Source of the DNA: Treponemataceae bacterium
GTDB lineage: Bacteria; Spirochaetota; Spirochaetia; Treponematales; Rectinemataceae
DNA: 64,000 bases
Assembly (NCBI GenBank): GCA_963677895.2
Contig: CAXXGJ010000002.1
Location: forward strand, 192,001-256,000
Direction: 5' to 3'
Numbering within the stretch: the stretch's first letter is position 1; every line of letters starts with the position of its first letter. The position numbers were made by a program, and so were the translations under genes. The notes below the pieces were generated by a model. That model did no database searches. It worked only from the letters and a program-made list of their open reading frames with translations, and was not told the DNA's origin. Positions 29,487 to 39,169 of the stretch are shown here, in pieces.

Positions 29487-30634
29487 GCGACAGAACCATA
29501 GGCGTCATAATGAATGGCGTCACGGGGCGGATGGGAACGAACCAGCACCTGGCGCGCTCGATCCTGGCGATCCGCGACCAGGGCGGCGTCCGGCTCCGCG
29601 ATGGAACCATGCTCCTGCCCGACCCTATCCTCGTCGGCCGCGACGAAAGCAAGCTCGCGGCTCTCGCCAAGACCTACGCCCTCTCCCGCTACACCACCGA
29701 CCTGGACGCCGCCCTCGCCGACCCTCGCAACGAAATCTATTTCGATTCGCAGACCACGGCCCAGCGGACCGCGGGGATCGAGCGCGCCATAAAGGCGGGC
29801 AAGGCCATCTACTGCGAAAAGCCGACGGCGACGACCACGGCCGAGGCGCTCAAGCTTTACAGGCTCGCGAAGGCGGCCGGCGTAAAGCAGGGCGTCGTCC
29901 AGGACAAGCTCTGGCTCCCCGGCCTCCTCAAGCTCAAATACCTCATCGACACCGGATTCTTCGGAAAAATCCTTTCGGTGCGGGGCGAGTTCGGCTACTG
30001 GGTGTTCGACGGGTATTCGCAGCCCTGCCAACGGCCCTCCTGGAACTACAGGAAGGAAGATGGCGGCGGCATCATGATCGACATGTTCTGCCACTGGCGC
30101 TACGTCATCGACAATCTCTTCGGGGAGATAGCTTCCCTCTCAGCCCTCGGGGCGACCCATATCGACAAGCGCCTCGACGAGAGGGGAATGGAATACGCCT
30201 GCACGGCCGAGGACGCCGCCTACGGAACCTTCATGCTGAAGAACGGCGTCATCTGCCAGTTCAACAGTTCTTGGGCGGTGCGCGTTCGGCGCGACGATCT
30301 CTTCGTCATGCAGGTGGATGGCACGAAGGGAACGGCCGTGGCCGGCCTGCGCGAATGCCGCATACAAGGCGAGGCCATGACGCCCAAGCCCGTCTGGAAT
30401 CCCGACGTCGCCAGTTCGATCGATTATCTCGAAAATTGGGCCGCGATGCCCACGCGCGATCTGGCCGACAACGCTTTCAAGGTGCAGTGGGAAAAATTCC
30501 TTCTCCATGTCGCTCAGGACGACCCCTTCCCCTGGGATCTCCTCGCCGGCGCCAAGGGCGTCCAGCTTGCGGAACTGGGCCTTGAGAGCTGGATGACGAG
30601 GCGCTGGGTGGACCTGCCGCCGATGGCGGGCTGA
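29483..30634 (+). CDS. Gfo/Idh/MocA family oxidoreductase
   Basis: IMNGVTGRMG, YCEKP, VQDKLWLPG, RGEFGYWVF, RPSWNY, DMFCHW; ATGA overlap with upstream gene. Confidence 0.9.
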   Translation: MSDRTIGVIMNGVTGRMGTNQHLARSILAIRDQGGVRLRDGTMLLPDPILVGRDESKLAALAKTYALSRYTTDLDAALADPRNEIYFDSQTTAQRTAGIERAIKAGKAIYCEKPTATTTAEALKLYRLAKAAGVKQGVVQDKLWLPGLLKLKYLIDTGFFGKILSVRGEFGYWVFDGYSQPCQRPSWNYRKEDGGGIMIDMFCHWRYVIDNLFGEIASLSALGATHIDKRLDERGMEYACTAEDAAYGTFMLKNGVICQFNSSWAVRVRRDDLFVMQVDGTKGTAVAGLRECRIQGEAMTPKPVWNPDVASSIDYLENWAAMPTRDLADNAFKVQWEKFLLHVAQDDPFPWDLLAGAKGVQLAELGLESWMTRRWVDLPPMAG

Positions 30635-30705
30635 AACGCTCCCCACTTTCTTGCTTCCCTGAATAGCGGAACTCCATCCGGGACATAAGCCGGATGGAAT
30701 CCTTC

Positions 30706-32142
30706 TCATTTGGCGAATTTTTCCTTCAACGTCGGCATCGTGTAGCCGTATTGGTCCTTCATATCGCGCAAGGGTTTATCCACGGCGATATCAGCAGGCA
30801 ATCCAAGTTTCGAGATGACGGCGGCCGTCGTGGCATTGAGCGCTTTGGCTATGTCGTTGATGGTCATGGTACCCTCGAGTACAAAATCGGTGGGCACGAC
30901 GAGAGCGGCCGATGCTGTCGGGGTTGTTGTCGGTTGTACGGATGCCGGCTTAACCGCTGCTGGTGCGGCGGTTCCGCTTTCTCCCGCATAGGGAATCCCG
31001 AGGATTTTTGCCACCGCCACGCGCACGGTATCCGCTTCAAAGCCATCGATGCCGGCCAGTTTTCCCGTATCTTTCAGCATGGTATCGGGTGGAACCAGCT
31101 TGGAATCGACGCCCGATTCGCGATAGAGCCTTTCGAGATCGACGCCATAGGAAGTTGCCACGGAGGCATAGGTCGAAGAACCCTTGATATCCTCCACCTT
31201 GAGCGTGCCCAGAGAGGCTTTTTCCTGCAGCGATTGGGCCGAGAATCGCAGCATGCCGAGAGCCTGTCCGATGGCAGCCGCTCCGAAGTAGATGCCGAAT
31301 CCCAGGGCCACGATGAGGCCGACCTTGACGGCTTTTCCTCCTAGTGTCGTAACGAGGGTGTTTTTCTTCGTGGGACAGACGGTGACGCATTCCATGCAGG
31401 AAATGCATTCGGGCGAATTGATGGCATCGCCATGGGAGACGTCGATGTTCATCGGGCAGACCTTGTCGCACTTGGAGCAGGATATGCAGGTTGAGGCGAC
31501 GCGCTTGATCCTGAAGAGGGGGATCCTGCCAAGGATTGCGTTCAGCGCGCCGAGGGGGCAGATATACTTGCAGAATGCCCGCTCGTAGAGCATAGAAAGA
31601 AGGAGGACGGCAACGAGAATGACAAGGCCTATCGAAAATTCCGCCCAGACTGCGGGCAAACCCGCTGAAAGATGTCCAAAGGCGGCCAGCGGATCATAAG
31701 GCCGGATGATCAAGTCGCCAGCGCGCCAGGTGAAATAGATGACAGCCGCGAGCACGGGATATTTGACCCAGCGGAGCACGGCGTCGAGTTTTTGCGGTAC
31801 CGTAAATCGGCGGCCGAAGATTTTCTTTCCGAGCCAGCCAAAGACGCTTTGCAAGGCGCCGAAGGCACAGAACCAGCCACAGAAAAAGCGAGACATGACG
31901 ATGCCGAGGACGACGATCGCTCCGAAGAGGATGAGGGTGCCCGGCTCAATTTTTTTGATGAACTCCCCGCCCGCCACATATTTGAGCAGGGTTTCGAGGC
32001 CTCCAAATGGATCTAGCGCGTCGATCGCCGGAATGCCTTGAATTTTTTGGTGTAGGATGGTCAGTATCGTCAAACCGACGAGCGCTATGCCCAGAGTCAC
32101 TCTTCTGATGATCTGGATAGGTGATAGTCTTCTAGCCGCCAC
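30706..32142 (-). CDS. Membrane 4Fe-4S protein (NapH/MauN/RdxA-like) with extracytoplasmic duplicated C-terminal domain
   Basis: RFFCGWFC, FCKYICP, CISCSKCDKVCP and CISCMECVTVCP, several TM helices, two similar C-terminal segments split by an Ala/Pro/Thr linker. Confidence 0.85.
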   Translation of the reverse strand: MAARRLSPIQIIRRVTLGIALVGLTILTILHQKIQGIPAIDALDPFGGLETLLKYVAGGEFIKKIEPGTLILFGAIVVLGIVMSRFFCGWFCAFGALQSVFGWLGKKIFGRRFTVPQKLDAVLRWVKYPVLAAVIYFTWRAGDLIIRPYDPLAAFGHLSAGLPAVWAEFSIGLVILVAVLLLSMLYERAFCKYICPLGALNAILGRIPLFRIKRVASTCISCSKCDKVCPMNIDVSHGDAINSPECISCMECVTVCPTKKNTLVTTLGGKAVKVGLIVALGFGIYFGAAAIGQALGMLRFSAQSLQEKASLGTLKVEDIKGSSTYASVATSYGVDLERLYRESGVDSKLVPPDTMLKDTGKLAGIDGFEADTVRVAVAKILGIPYAGESGTAAPAAVKPASVQPTTTPTASAALVVPTDFVLEGTMTINDIAKALNATTAAVISKLGLPADIAVDKPLRDMKDQYGYTMPTLKEKFAK

Positions 32143-32191
32143 AAATGTCTCCTATTGTTTTGACAAGTATGAAAATATGATATAAAACAGC

Positions 32192-32446
32192 TTAAATCTT
32201 TATCTCGATTTCGCTTTTTATCGAACGGAAAGTATCGGCGTCTATCTCTCCGCGCACAAATCGTTCGGTGAGGATCTCGAGGGCCCGCCTTTTCGGGTCG
32301 TCGCGATCAAGCCTTTCAGTCCTTCCCGCCCTGATAGCCAGGACAGCCACAAACACAACGAGAGCTATAAACAGTAATCCCATGATCAAACCTCCCCAAG
32401 GAAAGCCAAATGCGGCGTAACCGCCGCCATTCCAGGTATGGTACAT
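32192..32446 (-). CDS. Small membrane protein with SHOCT domain
   Basis: Gly-rich N-terminus, one TM helix, ALEILTERFVRGEIDADTF SHOCT signature; GGAGG RBS. Confidence 0.85.
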   Translation of the reverse strand: MYHTWNGGGYAAFGFPWGGLIMGLLFIALVVFVAVLAIRAGRTERLDRDDPKRRALEILTERFVRGEIDADTFRSIKSEIEIKI

Positions 32447-32483
32447 ATAAACCTCCAGTAATTAGATGACTAGAAATATATAA

Positions 32484-32500
32484 TGCAATTAGCGTGCCAA
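32484..32500 (-). promoter_or_regulatory. Sigma-54 (-24/-12) promoter
   Basis: Minus strand TTGGCACG-CTAA-TTGCA, exact match to TGGCACG-N4-TTGCW consensus, 38 bp upstream of SHOCT start. Confidence 0.85.
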
Positions 32501-32661
32501 ATTAAGAACTAAAAATTATGAAATTTTATGATGTTTTTGATGATTTCTACAAGGTTTTATCGAATCGAGGCCATGTGAGGGGTAATGCCTTCCGAGGCGC
32601 AGGCAATTTTTTCCCATCTCCGAGCAGAGGAAAGATGGAAACTAAAATGCTGGAGGTGGCT

Positions 32662-35115
32662 TCACCGTCGTAGCATCGCCACTTTGATGGCATCATTCAC
32701 GACGAGGCAGGAAAACATCGCATACGCGAATATGGCGAGTGTCTGCGGCCAGGGCAACGGCAACAAGCCTGGCAATCCGATGCGGGTCAAAATAGTGCCT
32801 ACCACTATTTCAGCCGCGACTGCCGTCGCAAGCATTTTGCTGGGCCTAGTCGTCCAGAACCATCTGCGTTCCCTTGCCGACACGATGGAGAATGCGGCAA
32901 AGTAGAGCAGCATCAGGAAACTGAAAGTGAAAAGGGCATTGTCGTTTGTCGCCAAGCCAAAGCGCGACCAGCCGATGTACAGGAATAGCAGCGCTTCAAG
33001 CAGCATCGCGACGCCGAGCACCACGGACACTTTTATAAAGCCTCCGATATTCCAGGTCTCCGGCTTTTTGGAAGGTTGGACATGGTCGGTGGCGAGGGAG
33101 ATTTTCGCGAAATCCGTCATGAAGACGAGGAGGAGCATCGCGAAGGCGGAGACGACGAACTTGCCAGTCACCACAAAAGCGATGGCCACGAAGGCGGACT
33201 TCAGGATCGTCCGGCTTATCTTATTGACGATCCATGTAAGCACACGCTGATAAATCGTCCGCCCCTGTTCGACCAAGGTAACGATGTTCGTCAGCCCTGG
33301 TTCCGTGAGGACGACGCTCGCGGCACCCTTGGCCACATCGGTCGCGCTGCTGACGGCGATGCCGACTTCGGCCTGGCGCAGGGCGGGCGCGTCATTGACG
33401 CCGTCGCCCGTCATGCCGGTGACGTGACCCGCGGCCTGCAAGCGCTGCACGACAATATACTTGTCTTCTGGATACACTTCGGCGAATCCATCGACCCCGT
33501 CCAGCAAATCCTTGCCCGCGTCGCCAGCCTGGGCATCAGCCTGTGCGCTCGCGGCTTTCAGGTCAGCGACACGCCTTATGATAGGCAGGCCGACTCCCTG
33601 AGCGATTTCGCTAGCGACAGCCAGGGCGTCGCCTGTCAGCATCTTCACGGAGACGCCGAGATCCCGGAGCTTCGCGATAAGTTCCCTGGCATCCGGCCGG
33701 GGCGGGTCGAATAGACTCACCAAGCCGACAACCTCAAGCTTGCCCCCGTCCGGACCGAGCGCTACCGCCAGACTACGATATCCCTTCAACGCCGCTTCGC
33801 CGACCCGCGCCTCCAATTCGGCGATTGCCGAATCTTCATATCCGCAGGCCGATGCGATGGTTCGAACGGCGCCCTTCATTACCCGCAGTCTCTGCCCGCC
33901 CTGCTCGACCACGGCTTCCGTCCGGCGGCTTTTCGCGTCGAAGGGCGCGAAGGATAGCTGTGTAACCGCGGGCAGGCCGTCGAAAATGTGCCGTTCTTTC
34001 GCGGCGGCGAGGAAGGCCTGGTCGATCGGATCCTGATTGGCCTCCTGGGATGCCAGAGCCCCCGCGAACAGCACATCGGCCTCGGTCGCCTTTTCTATCG
34101 GCATGATACCGGTGACGGCAAGACGATTCATCGTGATGGTGCCTGTCTTGTCCGCGCAGAGCACATCCATCGTCGCAGCGTCTTCCGCGGCGCTCAGACG
34201 CGTGACTAATACACCTTTTTTTGCCAGTTCCTTCGCTCCGACGGCCATGCTGACCGTGAACATGACGGGAAGCGCGACCGGAACCGCGCTCATCAGAAGG
34301 ACAAGGAGAAGCGGGACAACATCGAGCAGCGGGACACCGCGGATGACCGACAGGACAATGACCACGCCGAGCAGCGTTCCGACGATGACAAAAAGCCAGC
34401 GGACCACCTTCGTCACTACCGCTTCGATATGAAGCTTCGGCCGAGCATTCTGAACCAGTTCCGTCGTGCGGCCAAAATAGGTCTTCGCCCCCGTCAGCAT
34501 GACAGCCCCATTGCCTTCGCCCCGTCGGACGATGGATCCCGACGAGAGCACCTCGCCGGGCGACTTGTCGACATCCAGCGATTCGCCGGTAAGGGCCGAC
34601 TGATCGACGCTCAGCGCATCGGTCAGGAGCTTGATGTCGGCTGGGATGATATCGCCCGTCCGGAGACGGACGATGTCGCCCGGGACCAGCTCGCGAGAAG
34701 GAATGAGCCGCCACGCGGTATCCCGCAGGACGCGCGCGCTGACCTGCAAACGCTGCCTGAGCGCCTCTACGACGCCGGCAGCTCTTTGCTCCTGCATGAA
34801 GCTCAACACGGCATTGATGAAAAGGAGCGATCCCACCACGATGAGGTCGGAATATTTTCCGAGGACGACCGAAAGAATCATGATCAACTCGAGCATCCAC
34901 GCCGATATACCCCAGAATTTTCGCAAGAAAGCCCAGATAGGATGCTCTTTCTTTTCAGCTACTTCGTTGTAGCCATGCTCCTTCCGGCGGCTTTCCACCT
35001 CGGCGCCGGAAAGTCCGGTCCCGGGGTTTACCTGAAGCGCCGCAAGCGTATCGGAAATCGAAAGGGTCGCGATATCGGGAGCTTTGCTGGGTGGTGATGT
35101 TGAAGCTTGGCTCAT
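32662..35115 (-). CDS. P3A-type plasma-membrane H+-exporting P-type ATPase (Pma1/AHA-like)
   Basis: DQSALTGES, VPVALP, RLSAAEDAATMDVLCADKTGT, KGA, DPPR, TGDGVNDAP, M6 Asp in MTDFAKISLATD. Confidence 0.88.
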   Translation of the reverse strand: MSQASTSPPSKAPDIATLSISDTLAALQVNPGTGLSGAEVESRRKEHGYNEVAEKKEHPIWAFLRKFWGISAWMLELIMILSVVLGKYSDLIVVGSLLFINAVLSFMQEQRAAGVVEALRQRLQVSARVLRDTAWRLIPSRELVPGDIVRLRTGDIIPADIKLLTDALSVDQSALTGESLDVDKSPGEVLSSGSIVRRGEGNGAVMLTGAKTYFGRTTELVQNARPKLHIEAVVTKVVRWLFVIVGTLLGVVIVLSVIRGVPLLDVVPLLLVLLMSAVPVALPVMFTVSMAVGAKELAKKGVLVTRLSAAEDAATMDVLCADKTGTITMNRLAVTGIMPIEKATEADVLFAGALASQEANQDPIDQAFLAAAKERHIFDGLPAVTQLSFAPFDAKSRRTEAVVEQGGQRLRVMKGAVRTIASACGYEDSAIAELEARVGEAALKGYRSLAVALGPDGGKLEVVGLVSLFDPPRPDARELIAKLRDLGVSVKMLTGDALAVASEIAQGVGLPIIRRVADLKAASAQADAQAGDAGKDLLDGVDGFAEVYPEDKYIVVQRLQAAGHVTGMTGDGVNDAPALRQAEVGIAVSSATDVAKGAASVVLTEPGLTNIVTLVEQGRTIYQRVLTWIVNKISRTILKSAFVAIAFVVTGKFVVSAFAMLLLVFMTDFAKISLATDHVQPSKKPETWNIGGFIKVSVVLGVAMLLEALLFLYIGWSRFGLATNDNALFTFSFLMLLYFAAFSIVSARERRWFWTTRPSKMLATAVAAEIVVGTILTRIGLPGLLPLPWPQTLAIFAYAMFSCLVVNDAIKVAMLRR

Positions 35116-35242
35116 TTAGCACTCCTTAGCGGTGTACATAAACGATGTTTTTCCTATGCTATAGAAGATAACAAAAACCACAACTCGAAAGTGGAAGCTT
35201 CATCTCTTTTAAAAGGACTGAAGCGATGGCTTTCCATTTTCC

Positions 35243-35271
35243 TTGACAGATTGCTGTGGTCCTCCTACCAT
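35243..35271 (+). promoter_or_regulatory. Putative sigma-70 promoter of ABC operon
   Basis: TTGACA-N17-TACCAT. Confidence 0.6.
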
Positions 35272-35312
35272 TCAAGGCGTAACGAATCCCAATCCTTTTT
35301 CCGGAGGCTGCC

Positions 35313-36320
35313 ATGAAGAAAATCGCTCTTGCGCTCGCGTCGCTCATGTTGTTATGCGCGCTGTTGCCCGTCGCCGCGAAGCCCGGACAGACCCTCGTCG
35401 TCTATTCCAGCGTCGACGAAGTCAATTCCAAGAAAATCCTGGATTCCTTCACGGCCGACACGGGAATCGCCGTCCAGTTCGTCCAGCTTTCGTCAGGACC
35501 GGCCTACGCCAGAATCAAGGCCGAATCCTCCAATCCCCAGGCCGATGTCTGGCTGGGCGCCCCGAGCGAGAACCACATCATCGCCCGAAACGAAAAGCTC
35601 ACAATCGCCTACAAAGGCCCCAACTTCGACAAGCTGGGCAAGGAATTCAAGGACCCCGACGGCTATTGGCGCTCCTTCTACATGAATCCGATGGCCTTCG
35701 GCGTCAACACCCAGGTGTTGGCCAGGATAGGCGCTCCCAAGCCGACGAGCTGGGCGGATCTTCTCAACCCCGCCTTCAAGGGCCAGATCCAGATGCCCTC
35801 TCCCCAGTCCTCGGGCACGGCCTACAATATCATCGCCTCCCTCGTCGTCCTGATGGGCGAGGAAAAGGCCTACGACTATATGAAAAAGCTCGCCCCGAAC
35901 GTCCAGACCTACACTTCCTCGGGCACGGCTCCCTCCAAGGCCGTCCAGGTAGGGCAGTGCGCCGTCGCTCTCCAGTTCAGCCCCGGCTATTTCGAGGCTA
36001 TCGAGAAGGGCTTCCCCGTCGAAGTCGTCTTCCCGAAGGAGGGCGTCTGGTTCGAGGCTCCGGCCGTCTCCATCCTCAAGGGAGCCAAGAATCTCGAATC
36101 CGCCCAGGCTCTCGTGGACTGGCTTGAGACCGTGAAGGGTCAGAACGTGTACACGGAGAATCAGACTTACTTCTATCCCGTGCTGGCGGGCGCCAAGCTC
36201 GGCAAGGGCATGCCCGAGTTCGAATCCCTGAAAACGATCGACGTCGATCCCATCTGGGCGGCCGACAGCAAGAAACGCCTGGTGGAGAAGTGGGTTCAGG
36301 AAGTGCTCTCCGTAAAATGA
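35313..36320 (+). CDS. ABC transporter substrate-binding protein (FbpA/AfuA-like family)
   Basis: Signal peptide, LVVYSS, NPQADVWLG, PTSWADLL, PSPQSSGTAY, FPKEG. Confidence 0.88.
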   Translation: MKKIALALASLMLLCALLPVAAKPGQTLVVYSSVDEVNSKKILDSFTADTGIAVQFVQLSSGPAYARIKAESSNPQADVWLGAPSENHIIARNEKLTIAYKGPNFDKLGKEFKDPDGYWRSFYMNPMAFGVNTQVLARIGAPKPTSWADLLNPAFKGQIQMPSPQSSGTAYNIIASLVVLMGEEKAYDYMKKLAPNVQTYTSSGTAPSKAVQVGQCAVALQFSPGYFEAIEKGFPVEVVFPKEGVWFEAPAVSILKGAKNLESAQALVDWLETVKGQNVYTENQTYFYPVLAGAKLGKGMPEFESLKTIDVDPIWAADSKKRLVEKWVQEVLSVK

Positions 36321-36335
36321 CGGCAGACTGAAATC

Positions 36336-38027
36336 GTGGGAACATCGTCTCCCTCGCGGGCGTTCGGCGACCTGAAGCGGATCGCCCGCGATCCTTTATT
36401 GCTGATCATCTCAATTCTCACCATGGTGTCGCTCATCGTCTTCGTGGTCTATCCCATTCTGAGCGTCGTGTTGCAGAGCCTTAAGACGAACGCGGGGTTT
36501 TCGACTGCCATCTACGGGGAAGTGCTGAAGTCGGCTTACCTGCGCAAGGCTTTCTGGAACAGCCTCATGATGAGCGCCCTCACCGCTCTTGTCGGAACCC
36601 TCGTCGGTTTCGCCTTCGCCTTCGCGGTGACGAGGGCGAATGTGCCCTTCAAGAAACTGTTCAACGTCATCGCCATCATCCCGATAGTGTCGCCGCCCTT
36701 CATCGGCGCCCTCGCCATCATCATGCTCTTCGGCAACAACGGTCTTATCACCTGGAATCTCCTGAAAATCCAGAACTTCCCGATCTACGGCTTCAACGGG
36801 CTGTTCCTGGCCCAGGTCGTCACCTTCTTCCCCGTCGCCTACATGACGCTGAAAGGGGTGCTGGAGGGGATGAATCCCGTCCTCGAGGACGCGGCGCTCA
36901 ACCTGGGCGGTTCTCGCTTCAAGGTTTTCCGCCGCGTGACCCTTCCCCTCGCCTTTCCGGGCATCGCGAGCTCGATCCTCCTTCTTTTCGTTGAAACGTT
37001 GGCCGATTTTGGAAATCCCCTCATCCTCGCGGGAAGCAAATTCCCCGTGCTGTCGGTGCAGGCTTATCTCCAGATCGTCGGCATGTACGACCTTCCCAAG
37101 GGCGCGGCGATCTCGGTATTCCTCCTCGCGCCTTCACTCGTGGCCTTCTATTTCCAGCGCGCCATGGTGAAAAGGAAAAAGTACACGACGGTGACGGGCA
37201 AGCCCCAGGCTTCCTCGGGCAAGATCGTGAGCCCTGGAGCGCGGATGACGTTATTCGCCATTTGCCTTGTCGTCGCCCTTCTCATCGGGCTGATCTACTT
37301 TTCCATTCTCCTCGGCTCTCTCGCCAAGGTTTGGGGCTATGACCACCACCTCACCTTCGATCACTACAAGTTCGTCTTCGGCGTCGGCTTCAAGGCGGTG
37401 CGCGACACCTTGATGATAGCGGGCATCGCGACGCCGATAGCCGGCCTTTTCGGCATGGTGATAGCCTTTCTCGTGGTGCGCACGAGGGTGCCCGGCAAGA
37501 AGCTCATCGGCGCGATGAGCATCCTTTCCTTCGCCGTGCCGGGCACCGTCATCGGCATCGGCTACATTCTCGCCTTCAACCACAAGCCGCTCGCACTCAC
37601 GGGAACGCTAACCATTCTCCTTCTCAACTTCGTGTTCAGATACATTCCCGTCGGCATCGAGTCGGGCACGGCCATCCTCCAGCAGATCGATCCATCGATT
37701 GAGGAGGCGGCCGTCGACCTGGGCGCCGACGCGCGGCGCACCTTCACGAAAATCACCCTGCCTATGATCGTGCCAGCTTTTTTCTCCGGCCTCGTCTTCG
37801 CCTTCGTGCGCGCGATGACGGCGGTGAGCGCCGCCATATTCCTCGTGTCGTCGCGATGGAACCTGATGACGGTGCATATAATGTCCCAGGTGGAATCGGG
37901 CAACCTGGGCGCGGCCGCCGCCTATAGCGTCATCCTCGTCCTCATCGTCGGCGCGGCGATAAGCCTCATCCGCCTTATATTGAAAGCCCAGTACGGCCGT
38001 TTCGGCGGCAACATGCTTCATTTCTGA
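36336..38027 (+). CDS. ABC transporter permease (FbpB-type, duplicated)
   Basis: Two EAA loops (LEDAALNLGG, IEEAAVDLGA), ~12 TM, ADFGNP. Confidence 0.92.
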   Translation: MGTSSPSRAFGDLKRIARDPLLLIISILTMVSLIVFVVYPILSVVLQSLKTNAGFSTAIYGEVLKSAYLRKAFWNSLMMSALTALVGTLVGFAFAFAVTRANVPFKKLFNVIAIIPIVSPPFIGALAIIMLFGNNGLITWNLLKIQNFPIYGFNGLFLAQVVTFFPVAYMTLKGVLEGMNPVLEDAALNLGGSRFKVFRRVTLPLAFPGIASSILLLFVETLADFGNPLILAGSKFPVLSVQAYLQIVGMYDLPKGAAISVFLLAPSLVAFYFQRAMVKRKKYTTVTGKPQASSGKIVSPGARMTLFAICLVVALLIGLIYFSILLGSLAKVWGYDHHLTFDHYKFVFGVGFKAVRDTLMIAGIATPIAGLFGMVIAFLVVRTRVPGKKLIGAMSILSFAVPGTVIGIGYILAFNHKPLALTGTLTILLLNFVFRYIPVGIESGTAILQQIDPSIEEAAVDLGADARRTFTKITLPMIVPAFFSGLVFAFVRAMTAVSAAIFLVSSRWNLMTVHIMSQVESGNLGAAAAYSVILVLIVGAAISLIRLILKAQYGRFGGNMLHF

Positions 38028-38037
38028 AGGAGAGCCC

Positions 38038-39165
38038 ATGAGCGTGCGACTCGTCGGCATTAACAAGGAATTCCCCGATCCCGAGCGCTCGGGAGGCATC
38101 ATGCTCGCCGTGAGGGACATGAACCTCGAGATACGCGAAGGCGAGTTCATCACCCTCCTCGGCCCTTCGGGCTGCGGCAAGACGACGACCCTGCGCATGG
38201 TGGCGGGATTCGAGATTCCCACGAGCGGGGAGATATGGATTTCGGGCGAGATGGTGAACGATGTGCCGCCCAACAAGCGCGACACGACGATGGTATTCCA
38301 GAGTTACGCGATTTTTCCCCATATGTCGGTGGAGCAGAATGTGGGATTCGGCCTTGAGCTGAAAGGCAGGCCCAAGGCTGAAATCAGGGAAGAGACGGCG
38401 AAGGTGATGGAAGTGATGGGCATCACCGAGCTCGGCAAGCGCAGACCCGATCAGCTCTCGGGCGGCCAGCAGCAGCGCGTAGCCCTCGCGAGGGCCGTGG
38501 TGAACAGGCCTCGCGTTCTTCTTTTCGACGAGCCGCTCTCCAACCTCGACGCAAAGTTGCGCGAAACCATGCGCGTGGAGATCAGGCGCATCCAGCAGAC
38601 CTTCGGCATCACGAGCATCTATGTCACCCACGACCAGGCCGAAGCCATGACGGTGTCGGACAGGATCGTCGTGATGGAGAAGGGGCTCGTGATGCAGGTG
38701 GGCAGCCCTTTCGAGGTCTATTCCAGGCCGGCCAGCCGCTTCGTCGCCGATTTTATCGGCAAGGTGAATTTCTTCCCGGTCACGGTGCTGACCGCCGGTT
38801 CATCGCCAATGGCCCGCGATCCGCGAGGCAGGGAGCTGCCCGCCGCGAGCATAGACCCCGCGCTGAAGGCGGGCGACGAAGCCCTGCTCACCGTGAGGCC
38901 TGAGTCGCTGAGGCTGGGCAAGGCCGAAAACGCGTCCGCGGGCGCGCTCCCGGGCGGAGCAGAAAAAACAGCGATTTTTGGCGAAGGAAAAGTGACGAAG
39001 GCGGTCTATCTCGGCTCCGTCATCGAGTACGAAATCGACGCGGGCTACGAAAAACCCCTCATGGCTCTCAGCCATGATCCCGTGAATGGCGAATTCTACA
39101 AGGTGGGCGACACCGTGCCTTTCTCGTTTTCAAAGAGGGCGGCGCACATTCTGCCGCGGGCTTAA
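38038..39165 (+). CDS. ABC transporter ATP-binding protein (FbpC/PotA-type, TOBE)
   Basis: GPSGCGKT, LSGGQQQR, LFDEPLSNLD, VTHDQ. Confidence 0.95.
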   Translation: MSVRLVGINKEFPDPERSGGIMLAVRDMNLEIREGEFITLLGPSGCGKTTTLRMVAGFEIPTSGEIWISGEMVNDVPPNKRDTTMVFQSYAIFPHMSVEQNVGFGLELKGRPKAEIREETAKVMEVMGITELGKRRPDQLSGGQQQRVALARAVVNRPRVLLFDEPLSNLDAKLRETMRVEIRRIQQTFGITSIYVTHDQAEAMTVSDRIVVMEKGLVMQVGSPFEVYSRPASRFVADFIGKVNFFPVTVLTAGSSPMARDPRGRELPAASIDPALKAGDEALLTVRPESLRLGKAENASAGALPGGAEKTAIFGEGKVTKAVYLGSVIEYEIDAGYEKPLMALSHDPVNGEFYKVGDTVPFSFSKRAAHILPRA

Positions 39166-39169
39166 GCGT

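Noticed and set aside
35116..35142. TTAGCACTC as a CIRCE element
   Set aside because: Only one half-site; it is the reverse complement of the GGAG RBS region of the H+-ATPase gene
30635..35240. Mobile element or prophage call for the AT-richer block
   Set aside because: No integrase, transposase, terminal repeats or att sites seen; kept only as possible island
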